The notes below the pieces were generated by a model, which worked only from the letters and a program-made list of their open reading frames with translations, searched no databases and was not told the DNA's origin. A DNA stretch of 64,000 nt from Candidatus Woesearchaeota archaeon (GTDB taxonomy: Archaea; Nanobdellota; Nanobdellia; Woesearchaeales; DSVV01), in the NCBI GenBank assembly GCA_016219865.1, contig JACRKF010000033.1, positions 123,954-187,953 on the forward strand, in the 5' to 3' direction. Shown here one piece after another: positions 1 through 7,721 of this stretch. The first letter of the stretch is position 1. Each line of letters begins with the position of its first letter. The position numbers were made by a program, and so were the translations under genes.

Positions 1-1
1 T

Positions 2-766
2 TCAATTGTTGAATTAGCAAAAGAAAAAATAATTACTGCTTTTGTTGATGGTGACAGGGGAGGAGATTTAATTCTCAAAGAGCTTGTTACAGTAGCAGAT
101 ATTGATTATGTGACAAAAGCTCCTGATGGCAAAGAAGTTGAAGAAATTACAAAGAAAGAGATTCATCAAGCATTGCGAAGCAGAATTGCAGCTGAACAAC
201 TAAGACTTGATGTGCATAACATGCATAAAGAAGAAAGCAACAGAAGAAATGAACGTCAAGAGCGATTTGAACCAAGACAACAGCAAGGAAGACAATTTCA
301 ACAACAACAACCAAGACCACAACAACATGATGCGCGTCAATCGCCACAACAATCACAGCAACAAGAACGAAGACCTGTGACACAACCAGTGCATTCTCAA
401 CAACCTCAGCAGCAATTTCAACAGCAGCAACCACAACCAGTGCAGCAAGCAGTAAAAAAACCTGCAAAACTGACTGATGAGGAAAAACATACTTATAACG
501 AGATGTTAGAAGATTTGATTGGCACAAAAGGCGCTTATATTTTGGATGAAAAACTCAATATTTTAGGAAAAGTGCCTTCAAGTGAATTAGCTTCAACATT
601 GAAAGGATTATCCGCAGGAATCCACGCAATTGTATTAGATGATGAATTAACAGCTGACTTATTGCAAGTAGCTGAGAAAACAACAGTCAAATACATCATT
701 GCAATGGCATCAAAGCTCAAAGCAACAGGAAGAATTGTTGTGATGACAGTTGACGATTTGAGTTAA
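2..766 (+). CDS. Toprim-domain protein, probable archaeal DnaG-type primase. Only the C-terminal part is in the window (the 5' end lies outside). It carries a long Gln-rich low-complexity linker.
   Basis: The reading frame is open from position 2 and continuous with track ORF 110..766. The motif ...TAFVDGDRGGDLILKEL resembles the Toprim DxD acidic motif. A Q/P-rich segment (QQQPRPQQ...) follows, then a conserved-looking C-terminal domain. Confidence 0.45.
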   Translation, partial: SIVELAKEKIITAFVDGDRGGDLILKELVTVADIDYVTKAPDGKEVEEITKKEIHQALRSRIAAEQLRLDVHNMHKEESNRRNERQERFEPRQQQGRQFQQQQPRPQQHDARQSPQQSQQQERRPVTQPVHSQQPQQQFQQQQPQPVQQAVKKPAKLTDEEKHTYNEMLEDLIGTKGAYILDEKLNILGKVPSSELASTLKGLSAGIHAIVLDDELTADLLQVAEKTTVKYIIAMASKLKATGRIVVMTVDDLS

Positions 767-821
767 AATTGTTCACTTTGTGAACAATTTTAGTATTATT
801 TTGTAATCTTATTTTTCTTTT

Positions 822-843
822 AGAGAACTTTGCAAAATTCTCT
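822..843. repeat. PAL2 palindrome, copy 1
   Basis: AGAGAACTTTGCAAAATTCTCT. Confidence 0.5.
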
Positions 844-1099
844 TTAATTCTTTAATAATCTCCCAAACATATTTGCCTTTTTTTATTCCTTTCATTCCAA
901 CAATTGTAGTCTTTGCATTATATTTCTTTCGAAAGAATTTCGAGTAATTTATTGAATGAAGTGATATCTCTGATATTTCCAATATCTCTGATGTCCTTTC
1001 GAATATAAGTGTTAATTATTTGTATTTTAGCAAGCAATACTACTAAATCGTAGTCAAAATAGTAATATTTAAATAGTAACTGTCATTTTACATCCTAAA

Positions 1100-2719
1100 A
1101 TGCCAGAACCTCGCCCAGTTGAAGAAGCAAATGAACCAAATGAACCATTACGAAGAGACTTCTCATTATTGGAAGAAACAGCAAAAGGCGCAGCAAGTTT
1201 TCTAGGATTAGTTGCCCGATTTGCAACAAGCGCAGAAGATATTGTTCAAGGCTTGCGTTTGGAAAAGCATGAAAGAGAAGCAGAAATTGATTTTGCTGAT
1301 TACATTTGCCAAGATTTATTGCAGGACGATACAATCACGCAGCAATTATTCACTGATGTTCTCACAGGATATTTGAACGAAGTGCCGAATGATTTGTATA
1401 TTGTTGGATTTCACGAAACAAGCTATGGCCGTGGTCAAGCATTGCGAGATCAAGATCCAATTGCAAGAAACATTTCTTCATACGATTTTCAGATAAATGC
1501 ATGGAAATCAAAATTATATCATGATAAAAAAGCAAATATTGACAGAGTAATTGCTGATCTTGAAACTCGATTGCAGACTCTTATTCAGCAAGAAAGAAGA
1601 AATACAGTTGAAGAAGTTGGCTCATTATTTTCAGCAGATGCATTTTCTTTGTTATTAATAGAAGGAATGCATGTCAATGGAGATTTGCGAGGAAGTTTAG
1701 CTGTATTGAAAAAGAAAATGTATTTTGCAGCAGCTTTTGAATACAAAGAAGATCCAGAACTATTATACAGATTATCATTCAATGCCTGCGTCAAAGCAAA
1801 AGGCTGGCAAACATTGGAAGACAAACCATTGTATGAAGCATTGGAAGCAGAAGATGTTTCAGTTGAAGTTTTTGAAAAATGGACTGGCAGAAAAATTAAT
1901 TATAACCCAAAACCAGAAGCAAAGCAAAAAACAGTTGCTGATGTTATTCATGCACAAGGTGCAGATCCGCCAAGAAAAGCTTCGATTGCATTAGTCCATG
2001 AATTCCTGCCTAGTCAATCAACCTACGCGCAAGGTGTTCATGCATTGAGAGCTTCATACAATGGAAAAGAAGCAGAGATTCCGCAGCATATGCTTTATAG
2101 AACAAGTGCTGGAGTAAGACTTATCCGTCCACAAACATTAGAAGAAGCAATGCTTGCTCGTATCAATGATTTTGATACACTTCAAGATTCAAATGGCAAG
2201 CAAAGAACAATGGAAGAACGATTGAGATTGTGGGATAAACTAATTGATACTTGTGCAGGAGTTGCTTATGAAAACGGTAACAATGAACATTTTAAACTTA
2301 GCAGCATTTGTGAACCATTGATTACAATACCGCAAGATTTCAGAAACGCTTTTTTAGATGTAAATTATGCAGCTTTTGATGGCATCCAATTAGCAAGAAC
2401 TGCATATTACTACAAAAGATTATCAGAGCAAGAGTTTGATCTTTGTGAAGCATGGCAGCTGCTTTTACCAGATCAAACTGCAAGAACAAGATTGAAACAA
2501 ATAGTCTATCATCAAGCTAAAAACCAACAAGAACAGCTGTTAATTGCAGATAATGACAAAAAAGCATTAGGGTTTTATCTAGTAAATAATTCAGATAGAG
2601 ACCAACTGAGGAGCGTGTTTGTGAGCAGTCGTAATAACTACTCGGATGCGTATGGCGTCAATCTCAACGGCAGCTCGTCCGTTTTGCGAGCGACTCCCCC
2701 ATCGTCAAAAAAATTTTAG
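1100..2719 (+). CDS. DGR target protein (539 aa), with the variable repeat in its last ~35 codons
   Basis: Intact ORF. Its C-terminal ~97 nt is near-identical to a second copy ~230 nt downstream of its stop (the TR). Mismatches concentrate at TR adenines. A DGR-type RT gene follows. Confidence 0.75.
   Translation: MPEPRPVEEANEPNEPLRRDFSLLEETAKGAASFLGLVARFATSAEDIVQGLRLEKHEREAEIDFADYICQDLLQDDTITQQLFTDVLTGYLNEVPNDLYIVGFHETSYGRGQALRDQDPIARNISSYDFQINAWKSKLYHDKKANIDRVIADLETRLQTLIQQERRNTVEEVGSLFSADAFSLLLIEGMHVNGDLRGSLAVLKKKMYFAAAFEYKEDPELLYRLSFNACVKAKGWQTLEDKPLYEALEAEDVSVEVFEKWTGRKINYNPKPEAKQKTVADVIHAQGADPPRKASIALVHEFLPSQSTYAQGVHALRASYNGKEAEIPQHMLYRTSAGVRLIRPQTLEEAMLARINDFDTLQDSNGKQRTMEERLRLWDKLIDTCAGVAYENGNNEHFKLSSICEPLITIPQDFRNAFLDVNYAAFDGIQLARTAYYYKRLSEQEFDLCEAWQLLLPDQTARTRLKQIVYHQAKNQQEQLLIADNDKKALGFYLVNNSDRDQLRSVFVSSRNNYSDAYGVNLNGSSSVLRATPPSSKKF
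2604..2700 (+). repeat. DGR variable repeat (VR), encoding ...LRSVFVSSRNNYSDAYGVNLNGSSSVLRAT
   Basis: Aligns with TR at 2929-3030. VR bases g/c/t sit opposite TR 'a' at at least 13 positions; only 2 non-A mismatches, near the 3' end. Confidence 0.75.
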
Positions 2720-2928
2720 GACATTTTTTCCAAAAAGTTTATAATAACATGAATTTAATTCTTTCTTGAGCCTTGCCATCGTTCCTCTGCAAAGGACTTT
2801 GGAAACGTGCTTGGGAGTTACAGGCTCTTTCACTAAGGTTTTATTCCAGCTGGAGTAAAATCATAAAATACAGCTCCGACTTGATGCTCTGCACTGAAGG
2901 AGCAGTGCTCAGAAGAAGTGAAAGGGCT

Positions 2929-3030
2929 ACTGAGGAGCGTGTTTGTGAAAAATCGTAATAACAACTCGAATGCGAATGGCAACAACAATCTCAACAACAG
3001 CTCGTCCTTTTTGCGAATAACACAAGCATC
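2929..3030 (+). repeat. DGR template repeat (TR); AAY (Asn) codon-rich in the VR reading frame
   Basis: In frame it reads LRSVFVKNRNNNSNANGNNNLNNSSSFLRIT. It is one codon longer than VR, and its 3' end diverges (an IMH-like, GC-richer segment is present only in VR). Confidence 0.7.
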
Positions 3031-3222
3031 AAGGCTTATTATTAAAATTATGTTGGTATTTTTTATGCAATCTTCAGAATCTTTGTATGAACAATTATGT
3101 TCTTATCAAAATCTTGAATTGGCATTCAAAAAGCAAGAAAAAGAAAAACAACAAAATTATATGTTCTGGAATTTGAGAAAGATCTTAAAGAGAATCTTCT
3201 TCAATTACAAGCTGAATTAGTA

Positions 3223-4272
3223 TTGCATTCATATCGTCCAGAAAAATTGGAAACTTTTATTCTTCGTGATCCTAAAACAAGAAAGATAAGCAAATCACAT
3301 TTTAGAGACAGAATTGTGCATCATGCATTGTGTAATATAATCCAAACATTATTTGAAAATAGCTTTATTCATGATTCTTATGCAAACCAGATTGGAAAAG
3401 GAACACTAAAAGCAATACAAAGGTTTGATGAATTTAAGATAAAGATTACAAAGAACAATACAAGAATTGCTTTTGTGTTAAAATGCGACATAAAGCAATA
3501 TTTTGATAATGTTGATCATAATATTTTACTATCAATTATTAAGAGAAAGGTTTCTGATAGAAAAATACTATGGCTCATCGAAACAATTCTTTCAAATTAC
3601 TGCTCAAAAGAGCATAGTAAAGGAATGCCATTAGGCAATTTAACTTCTCAGTTCTTCGCAAATGTATATCTCAATGAACTTGACCAATTTGTGAAGCATG
3701 AATTAAGAGCAAAGTACTACCTGCGCTATGTTGATGATTTTGTTATTTTCGATAATTCTAAGAGAAGATTAGAGCAGTATAAAGCAGTAATTCAGATTTT
3801 CCTTAAGCAAGAATTACAGCTTCAATTGCATCCATTAAAATCAAGAATAATAACAATAAGAGATGGGACTGAATTTTTGGGTGTAAAAATATTTATGCAC
3901 CACAAAAGGATAAGGAAGAAAAATCTGCGGAAATCTCAGAAGAAATTGCAATTGCTAAATAATTTATACGAGCAAAAGAAAATAGACTATGATAATATCT
4001 ACGAGTTCCTTGAAGGCTGGATTGCCTATACAAGAAACGCAAACACTTATAAGTTAAGGAAAAGCATTATTAATTCAGTTGAGCAGAGATTTGGAATGAT
4101 TGCAACGAGAGAAGTCAATAGACATATTAAGAAATTCTATCCCTTTCCAATCCTCTCTAGCACAGCTTTTATCACAAATGGCAGCGCAACAGTTGCATCA
4201 ATCAACACTTCTGCATACCTTCCGCCTTTACTCTCTGGAATAAACTTTCCCCAGCTGACACCTTCACTATAA
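3223..4272 (+). CDS. DGR-type reverse transcriptase. The track ORF starts at 3223; the N-terminal RT0 segment appears to be encoded upstream in another frame (~3050-3160).
   Basis: Motifs FRDRIVHHALCNI, PLGNLTSQFFANVYLNELD (the [I/L]GxxxSQ motif that separates DGR RTs from group II intron RTs, which have QGxxxSP) and YLRYVDDFVIF (YxDD). Frame +1 upstream of 3223 reads ...YVLEFEKDLKENLLQLQAEL but has no start codon. The +2 frame upstream reads ...ESLYEQLCSYQNLELAFKKQEKEK, like the canonical RT N-terminus. Confidence 0.8.
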   Translation: MHSYRPEKLETFILRDPKTRKISKSHFRDRIVHHALCNIIQTLFENSFIHDSYANQIGKGTLKAIQRFDEFKIKITKNNTRIAFVLKCDIKQYFDNVDHNILLSIIKRKVSDRKILWLIETILSNYCSKEHSKGMPLGNLTSQFFANVYLNELDQFVKHELRAKYYLRYVDDFVIFDNSKRRLEQYKAVIQIFLKQELQLQLHPLKSRIITIRDGTEFLGVKIFMHHKRIRKKNLRKSQKKLQLLNNLYEQKKIDYDNIYEFLEGWIAYTRNANTYKLRKSIINSVEQRFGMIATREVNRHIKKFYPFPILSSTAFITNGSATVASINTSAYLPPLLSGINFPQLTPSL

Positions 4273-6410
4273 GTGCAACCACTATTAGATACAATGATGC
4301 CATTTGCTGCAAAATTATGGGTATTATCGACAGTCATATCATACGTTTCTTCTTCTCCATAATATTCAATAGACATAATAAAATGGTTTTCAACGCAATT
4401 CTTTCTAATCCAATTTTTATCAATTGTATATCGCTTTAATCTTTTATGCAACACTTTATCACTAACACCTAAATTTCGAGCTGTTTTAGTTATAACTCCA
4501 TGGTCTTTTATAAGTGCATCCTTTACTTTATCCTCAGTTATTCCTTTGATCCATCTACCATTTTTTTCATGAGATACAATTATAGATCGCATTTCAGGAG
4601 AAAGGGAAGCCCAACGCATTGCTGTTGAAGCATGTGCATTTTGTAATCTTATTTTTCTTTCTACATCATTAAGTGAGCTCCAGTATTTCTTAGATACTTT
4701 TGACCTTCTTTCTGGTTCTCCATTATTAAGAGCAATAATTTTTCTCTGATTGCATAATCTTTCATATTCTTCATCACTTAAATTATCCCAGAATTTTCGA
4801 GACATTCTCTGCATAATATAAGGATCGCAAATTTCTCGGAGTGTTTGTGCTCTTTTTTCTAAAGTTTCTTTTGACTCATTGAAGCGGTGGTATCTTGCAT
4901 GTTCTATAAAATTCAACATTTCAAGATTTTCAAGAGAATTATTTAATGTATTATGATCTTTGTGGTGAACTGCAATTTTTGCATCAATTGAAATTCCTGC
5001 CGTTTCTTGTAAAATAAATCTATGTTCTGCTAATTTTGTACCATTATTTAAACTAATAAAGCGATAATCACCATGTTTGTCAGTTTTATAGTATGAATTA
5101 AATGGCATTAACCTATCATTAATTTTCAATTCAGATACTTTTTTATAAACACCTTTACGAAGCAGAAATTTATGGTCTTCAGAAGCTATAATTGAATTAG
5201 TCTTCAGCTCTTGTTTTTTATTTACCCATCCTGTAACCCAGCCATAACTAATTTTATACAAACTTTTTTTACCTGTTTCCAAGACACCACGTACATTTGC
5301 TAATATTATTCTTTTCTTATTTAAATCATAAGAATATACAGGAAAATTTGATTTTCCAGCTAAATTTTTAATAGGTATGCCATCTGGATAAATTGATAAG
5401 TTTCTTGGCATATCTATTTTTGTATCACCCTGCAGGCAAAGTCCGCCGAAATTTACAGGTTCTGGGCATATTCTTACGCCATAAGAAAATTGTTTATGAT
5501 ATTTTTCAGCATCTTTTTGCAATGCAGGATTTGGTTCAATAACCCGCAATCGAATGATGTCTAAATGCGGTCCAACTTGTTGCGCCCAATTTCTTGGCAC
5601 TCCACCGCCAACAGTAAAAATACCTATCTTCTTTGCTTTCAAAACTCGTTCTGTGTAATCAGTCATATCAATAAATGGATCATATTTTAACAATTGTTTT
5701 TCTTCAGCAGCATTCTTCTTATTATACACTGAAAACTCCAATCCAAATTCAGAATCAGTAAATGCTGGAATATACACTGGAATGTTTTTCTCAAATGCAG
5801 ATTTCAATATACCTCTTCCATTGATATGTTTATGCAAGTATCGTCCTAGTTCCTTATTGATCTCTGAACTGCACGTTATTTTATTATGGTCCATGCTTGC
5901 AAGCACTTGGTGTAGGATCACAGCGCCTTCATCCAAATTTGTTTCTGATTCAAGCGTATCATATACTCTATCAAATCCAGCTTCATACAATTCTTCATCA
6001 TTAAAATTTTTTGGATTTTTAAAATGCGTCATTCCAGCAGCTTCAATAAATCCATGCGCCATCAATGCGCCAGTTGACACAACAGCATCAACCATATCAT
6101 TTTCAATCATATCGCAGATAACCAATCCCATCTTTGCCATAGTCATTGCGCCAGAAAGCGTTAATACTTTAAAGCACTCTTTATCTTTTGTCATTGCCTC
6201 AAGCACATTTGCAGCTTCTCCAATCTCTCTGCCGCCAAATGCTGTCAGATTCATCTGTGTAACAACATCATTGACTGTCTTGCATTGGGATAAGTCTAAT
6301 GGTTTCAATGGAACAAGATTTTTGACAAATTGCTCTCGAAACTCTCTGCTATGTCTGCCGTTCATTTTGTCATGTTGAATATGCATTTCATGTTTTTTGA
6401 TTGGAATCAC
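4137..6410 (-). CDS. dys: deoxyhypusine synthase, interrupted by an intein of ~385 aa
   Basis: N-extein has the DHS motifs (LTLSGAMTMAKMGL.., AVVSTGALMAHGFIEAAG, TVGGGVPRNW). C-extein reads SGCTYSEGVSWGKFIP (the active-site Lys region). Between them sits CLQGDTKI...HNFAANGIIVSN with an HNH-like block (HHKDHN...H) and an HTH. Confidence 0.8.
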   Translation of the reverse strand: MIPIKKHEMHIQHDKMNGRHSREFREQFVKNLVPLKPLDLSQCKTVNDVVTQMNLTAFGGREIGEAANVLEAMTKDKECFKVLTLSGAMTMAKMGLVICDMIENDMVDAVVSTGALMAHGFIEAAGMTHFKNPKNFNDEELYEAGFDRVYDTLESETNLDEGAVILHQVLASMDHNKITCSSEINKELGRYLHKHINGRGILKSAFEKNIPVYIPAFTDSEFGLEFSVYNKKNAAEEKQLLKYDPFIDMTDYTERVLKAKKIGIFTVGGGVPRNWAQQVGPHLDIIRLRVIEPNPALQKDAEKYHKQFSYGVRICPEPVNFGGLCLQGDTKIDMPRNLSIYPDGIPIKNLAGKSNFPVYSYDLNKKRIILANVRGVLETGKKSLYKISYGWVTGWVNKKQELKTNSIIASEDHKFLLRKGVYKKVSELKINDRLMPFNSYYKTDKHGDYRFISLNNGTKLAEHRFILQETAGISIDAKIAVHHKDHNTLNNSLENLEMLNFIEHARYHRFNESKETLEKRAQTLREICDPYIMQRMSRKFWDNLSDEEYERLCNQRKIIALNNGEPERRSKVSKKYWSSLNDVERKIRLQNAHASTAMRWASLSPEMRSIIVSHEKNGRWIKGITEDKVKDALIKDHGVITKTARNLGVSDKVLHKRLKRYTIDKNWIRKNCVENHFIMSIEYYGEEETYDMTVDNTHNFAANGIIVSNSGCTYSEGVSWGKFIPESKGGRYAEVLIDATVALPFVIKAVLERIGKG
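4284..5438 (-). mobile_element. intein, with an HNH-type homing-endonuclease-like domain, inside the deoxyhypusine synthase gene
   Basis: Starts with Cys (CLQGDT, block A) at residue 325. Ends ...NGIIVSN followed by Ser (+1) at residue 710. With the intein removed, the extein junction reads NFGGL|SGCTYSEGVSWGK, which is collinear with DHS. Confidence 0.7.
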
Positions 6411-6537
6411 CTTTTTAATTATATCAATCTGTCAATTCTTTCAAAGAAAGAATTGATTTTATAAAAAGGTTTTTGTTTTTAAGAATATATGCTCTTTGGC
6501 ATAACAATTATATATACATCTATTATCTCCAAATTAT

Positions 6538-7398
6538 ATGATGGAATACAAACAACTTACAGCAGATGTGCAGATTCCTGTCCTTGGTTTAGGGACATGG
6601 CAGATTGGTGGAAGAACAGAAGCTGATTATACTGACGATGAAAAGAATATCAAAGCAATAACTGCAGCAGTACAATTAGGCTACACTTTAATCGACACAG
6701 CAGAATCATATGCTGATGGACACACTGAAGAGTTGGTTGGCAAAGCAATAAAAGGAATTGATCGCAAAAGATTATTTATTGTCAGTAAAGTTATGTCTGC
6801 GCATCTTGCATATAAAAATGTAATAACAGCTGCAAAAAGAAGTTTAGAACGGTTGCAGGCAGATTATTTTGATCTCTATCTGATACACTTTCCAAATGCA
6901 GACATTCCATTAAAGGAAACAATGAGAGCAATGGATCATTTGGTTGAAAAAGGACTCACACGATTTATTGGTGTAAGCAATTTTTCAGTCAAAGAGATGC
7001 AAGAAGCGCAAAAGTATTCAAAAAATAAGATTGTAGTAAATCAAGTGCAGTACAGTCTTATCTCAAGAAATAAATGCACCTATGGTGATTGTATAAATAT
7101 GGAATCAGAAATTATTCCCTATTGCCAAGAAAATAATATTATAATAATGGCAGATCGACCTTTGCATAAAGGGATACTTGTAGAAAAAAACTATCAACAA
7201 TTGGAAAGGTTAAGTAAAAAGTATAACAAAACAAAAGCGCAGATAGCATTGAACTGGCTCATCTCTAAGAAAAATATAATTACAATGCCAATGTCAACAA
7301 ATAGTGAACATTTAAAAGAAAATCTTGGTGTATTAGGTTGGAGATTGGATTTAGAAGATTTAATTCTATTGGACAATACAGTTTTTGAGAAGGAATAA
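6538..7398 (+). CDS. aldo/keto reductase family oxidoreductase
   Basis: LGLGTWQIGG, ..IDTAESYADGH..EELVGKAI and the overall AKR architecture; 286 aa. Confidence 0.8.
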   Translation: MMEYKQLTADVQIPVLGLGTWQIGGRTEADYTDDEKNIKAITAAVQLGYTLIDTAESYADGHTEELVGKAIKGIDRKRLFIVSKVMSAHLAYKNVITAAKRSLERLQADYFDLYLIHFPNADIPLKETMRAMDHLVEKGLTRFIGVSNFSVKEMQEAQKYSKNKIVVNQVQYSLISRNKCTYGDCINMESEIIPYCQENNIIIMADRPLHKGILVEKNYQQLERLSKKYNKTKAQIALNWLISKKNIITMPMSTNSEHLKENLGVLGWRLDLEDLILLDNTVFEKE

Positions 7399-7543
7399 TA
7401 ATAGTTCAAATAGGTGCTTCTTAGTTTCCATACGTTTTACATAAAGAAATTTGTTAGGATATCAACATGTGATTTTGGCGAAGGCAGTAGGCTGAGCCCA
7501 GAACCCCACAATAATTGTGCGGAATAGATATTCAATAAAAGTA

Positions 7544-7629
7544 AGCCTCAGGGAAGAGTTGAACTCCCGACCTGCGCTTCTCTAGTTAATCATTACGAGA
7601 GCGCCGCTCCACCACTGAGCTACTGAGGC
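7544..7629 (-). tRNA. tRNA-Thr (anticodon CGU) with a 14-nt intron at the canonical 37/38 position
   Basis: Reverse complement: GCCTCAG-TA-GCTC-AGTGGTGGA-GAGC-G-GCGCT-CTCGTA[atgattaactagag]A-AGCGC-AGGTC-GGGAG-TTCAACT-CTTCC-CTGAGGC-T. All four stems pair; U33 and A37 are present; the intron sits after position 37. Confidence 0.7.
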
Positions 7630-7650
7630 AGTTTTTAAGAAAAAAGGCTA

Positions 7651-7667
7651 TATATTAATAATGTTTT
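7651..7667 (-). promoter_or_regulatory. putative archaeal TATA box / BRE for the tRNA-Thr gene
   Basis: On the minus strand, ..gcgaaaacaTTAATATATAgcc.. lies ~22-31 nt upstream of the tRNA 5' end. Confidence 0.35.
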
Positions 7668-7683
7668 CGCAATTTCTATTAAT

Positions 7684-7721
7684 AATATTTCTCGTGTGAG
7701 TGAAACGAACTCAGAAATATT
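7684..7721 (+). repeat. HP1 hairpin repeat, copy a
   Basis: AATATTTCT-cgtgtGAGTGAAACGAACtc-AGAAATATT. Confidence 0.5.

Noticed and set aside
2773-2958. 61-aa ORF between VR and TR, considered as a possible Avd accessory protein
   Set aside because: Too short for an Avd-like four-helix-bundle protein, basic, and it overlaps the TR in a different frame. No start or ribosome-binding context.
2918-3220. Track ORF (100 aa) spanning the TR and the region upstream of the RT
   Set aside because: Its first half is just the TR read in the VR frame (LRSVFVKNRNNN..). Its second half matches the RT N-terminal motif. So it is better explained as TR plus the frameshifted 5' part of the RT gene than as an independent protein.
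3223-4272. RT considered as a group II intron maturase or retron RT instead of a DGR RT
   Set aside because: It has the [I/L]GxxxSQ motif and a TR/VR pair with A-specific differences. No intron RNA domains, no En/X domain and no msr/msd-like inverted repeats were seen.
147-6378. Numerous antisense or overlapping track ORFs inside strong genes (147..527, 535..720, 1095..1334, 1585..1824, 1725..1994, 5782..6378 and the many similar ones later in the window)
   Set aside because: They are embedded in clearly conserved genes on the opposite strand or in an alternate frame. They are low-complexity or hydrophobic mirror translations with no motifs, so they were treated as spurious.
7400-7540. 140-nt gap between the AKR gene and the tRNA, examined for a second tRNA or other ncRNA
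   Set aside because: No cloverleaf or conserved ncRNA motif could be folded.
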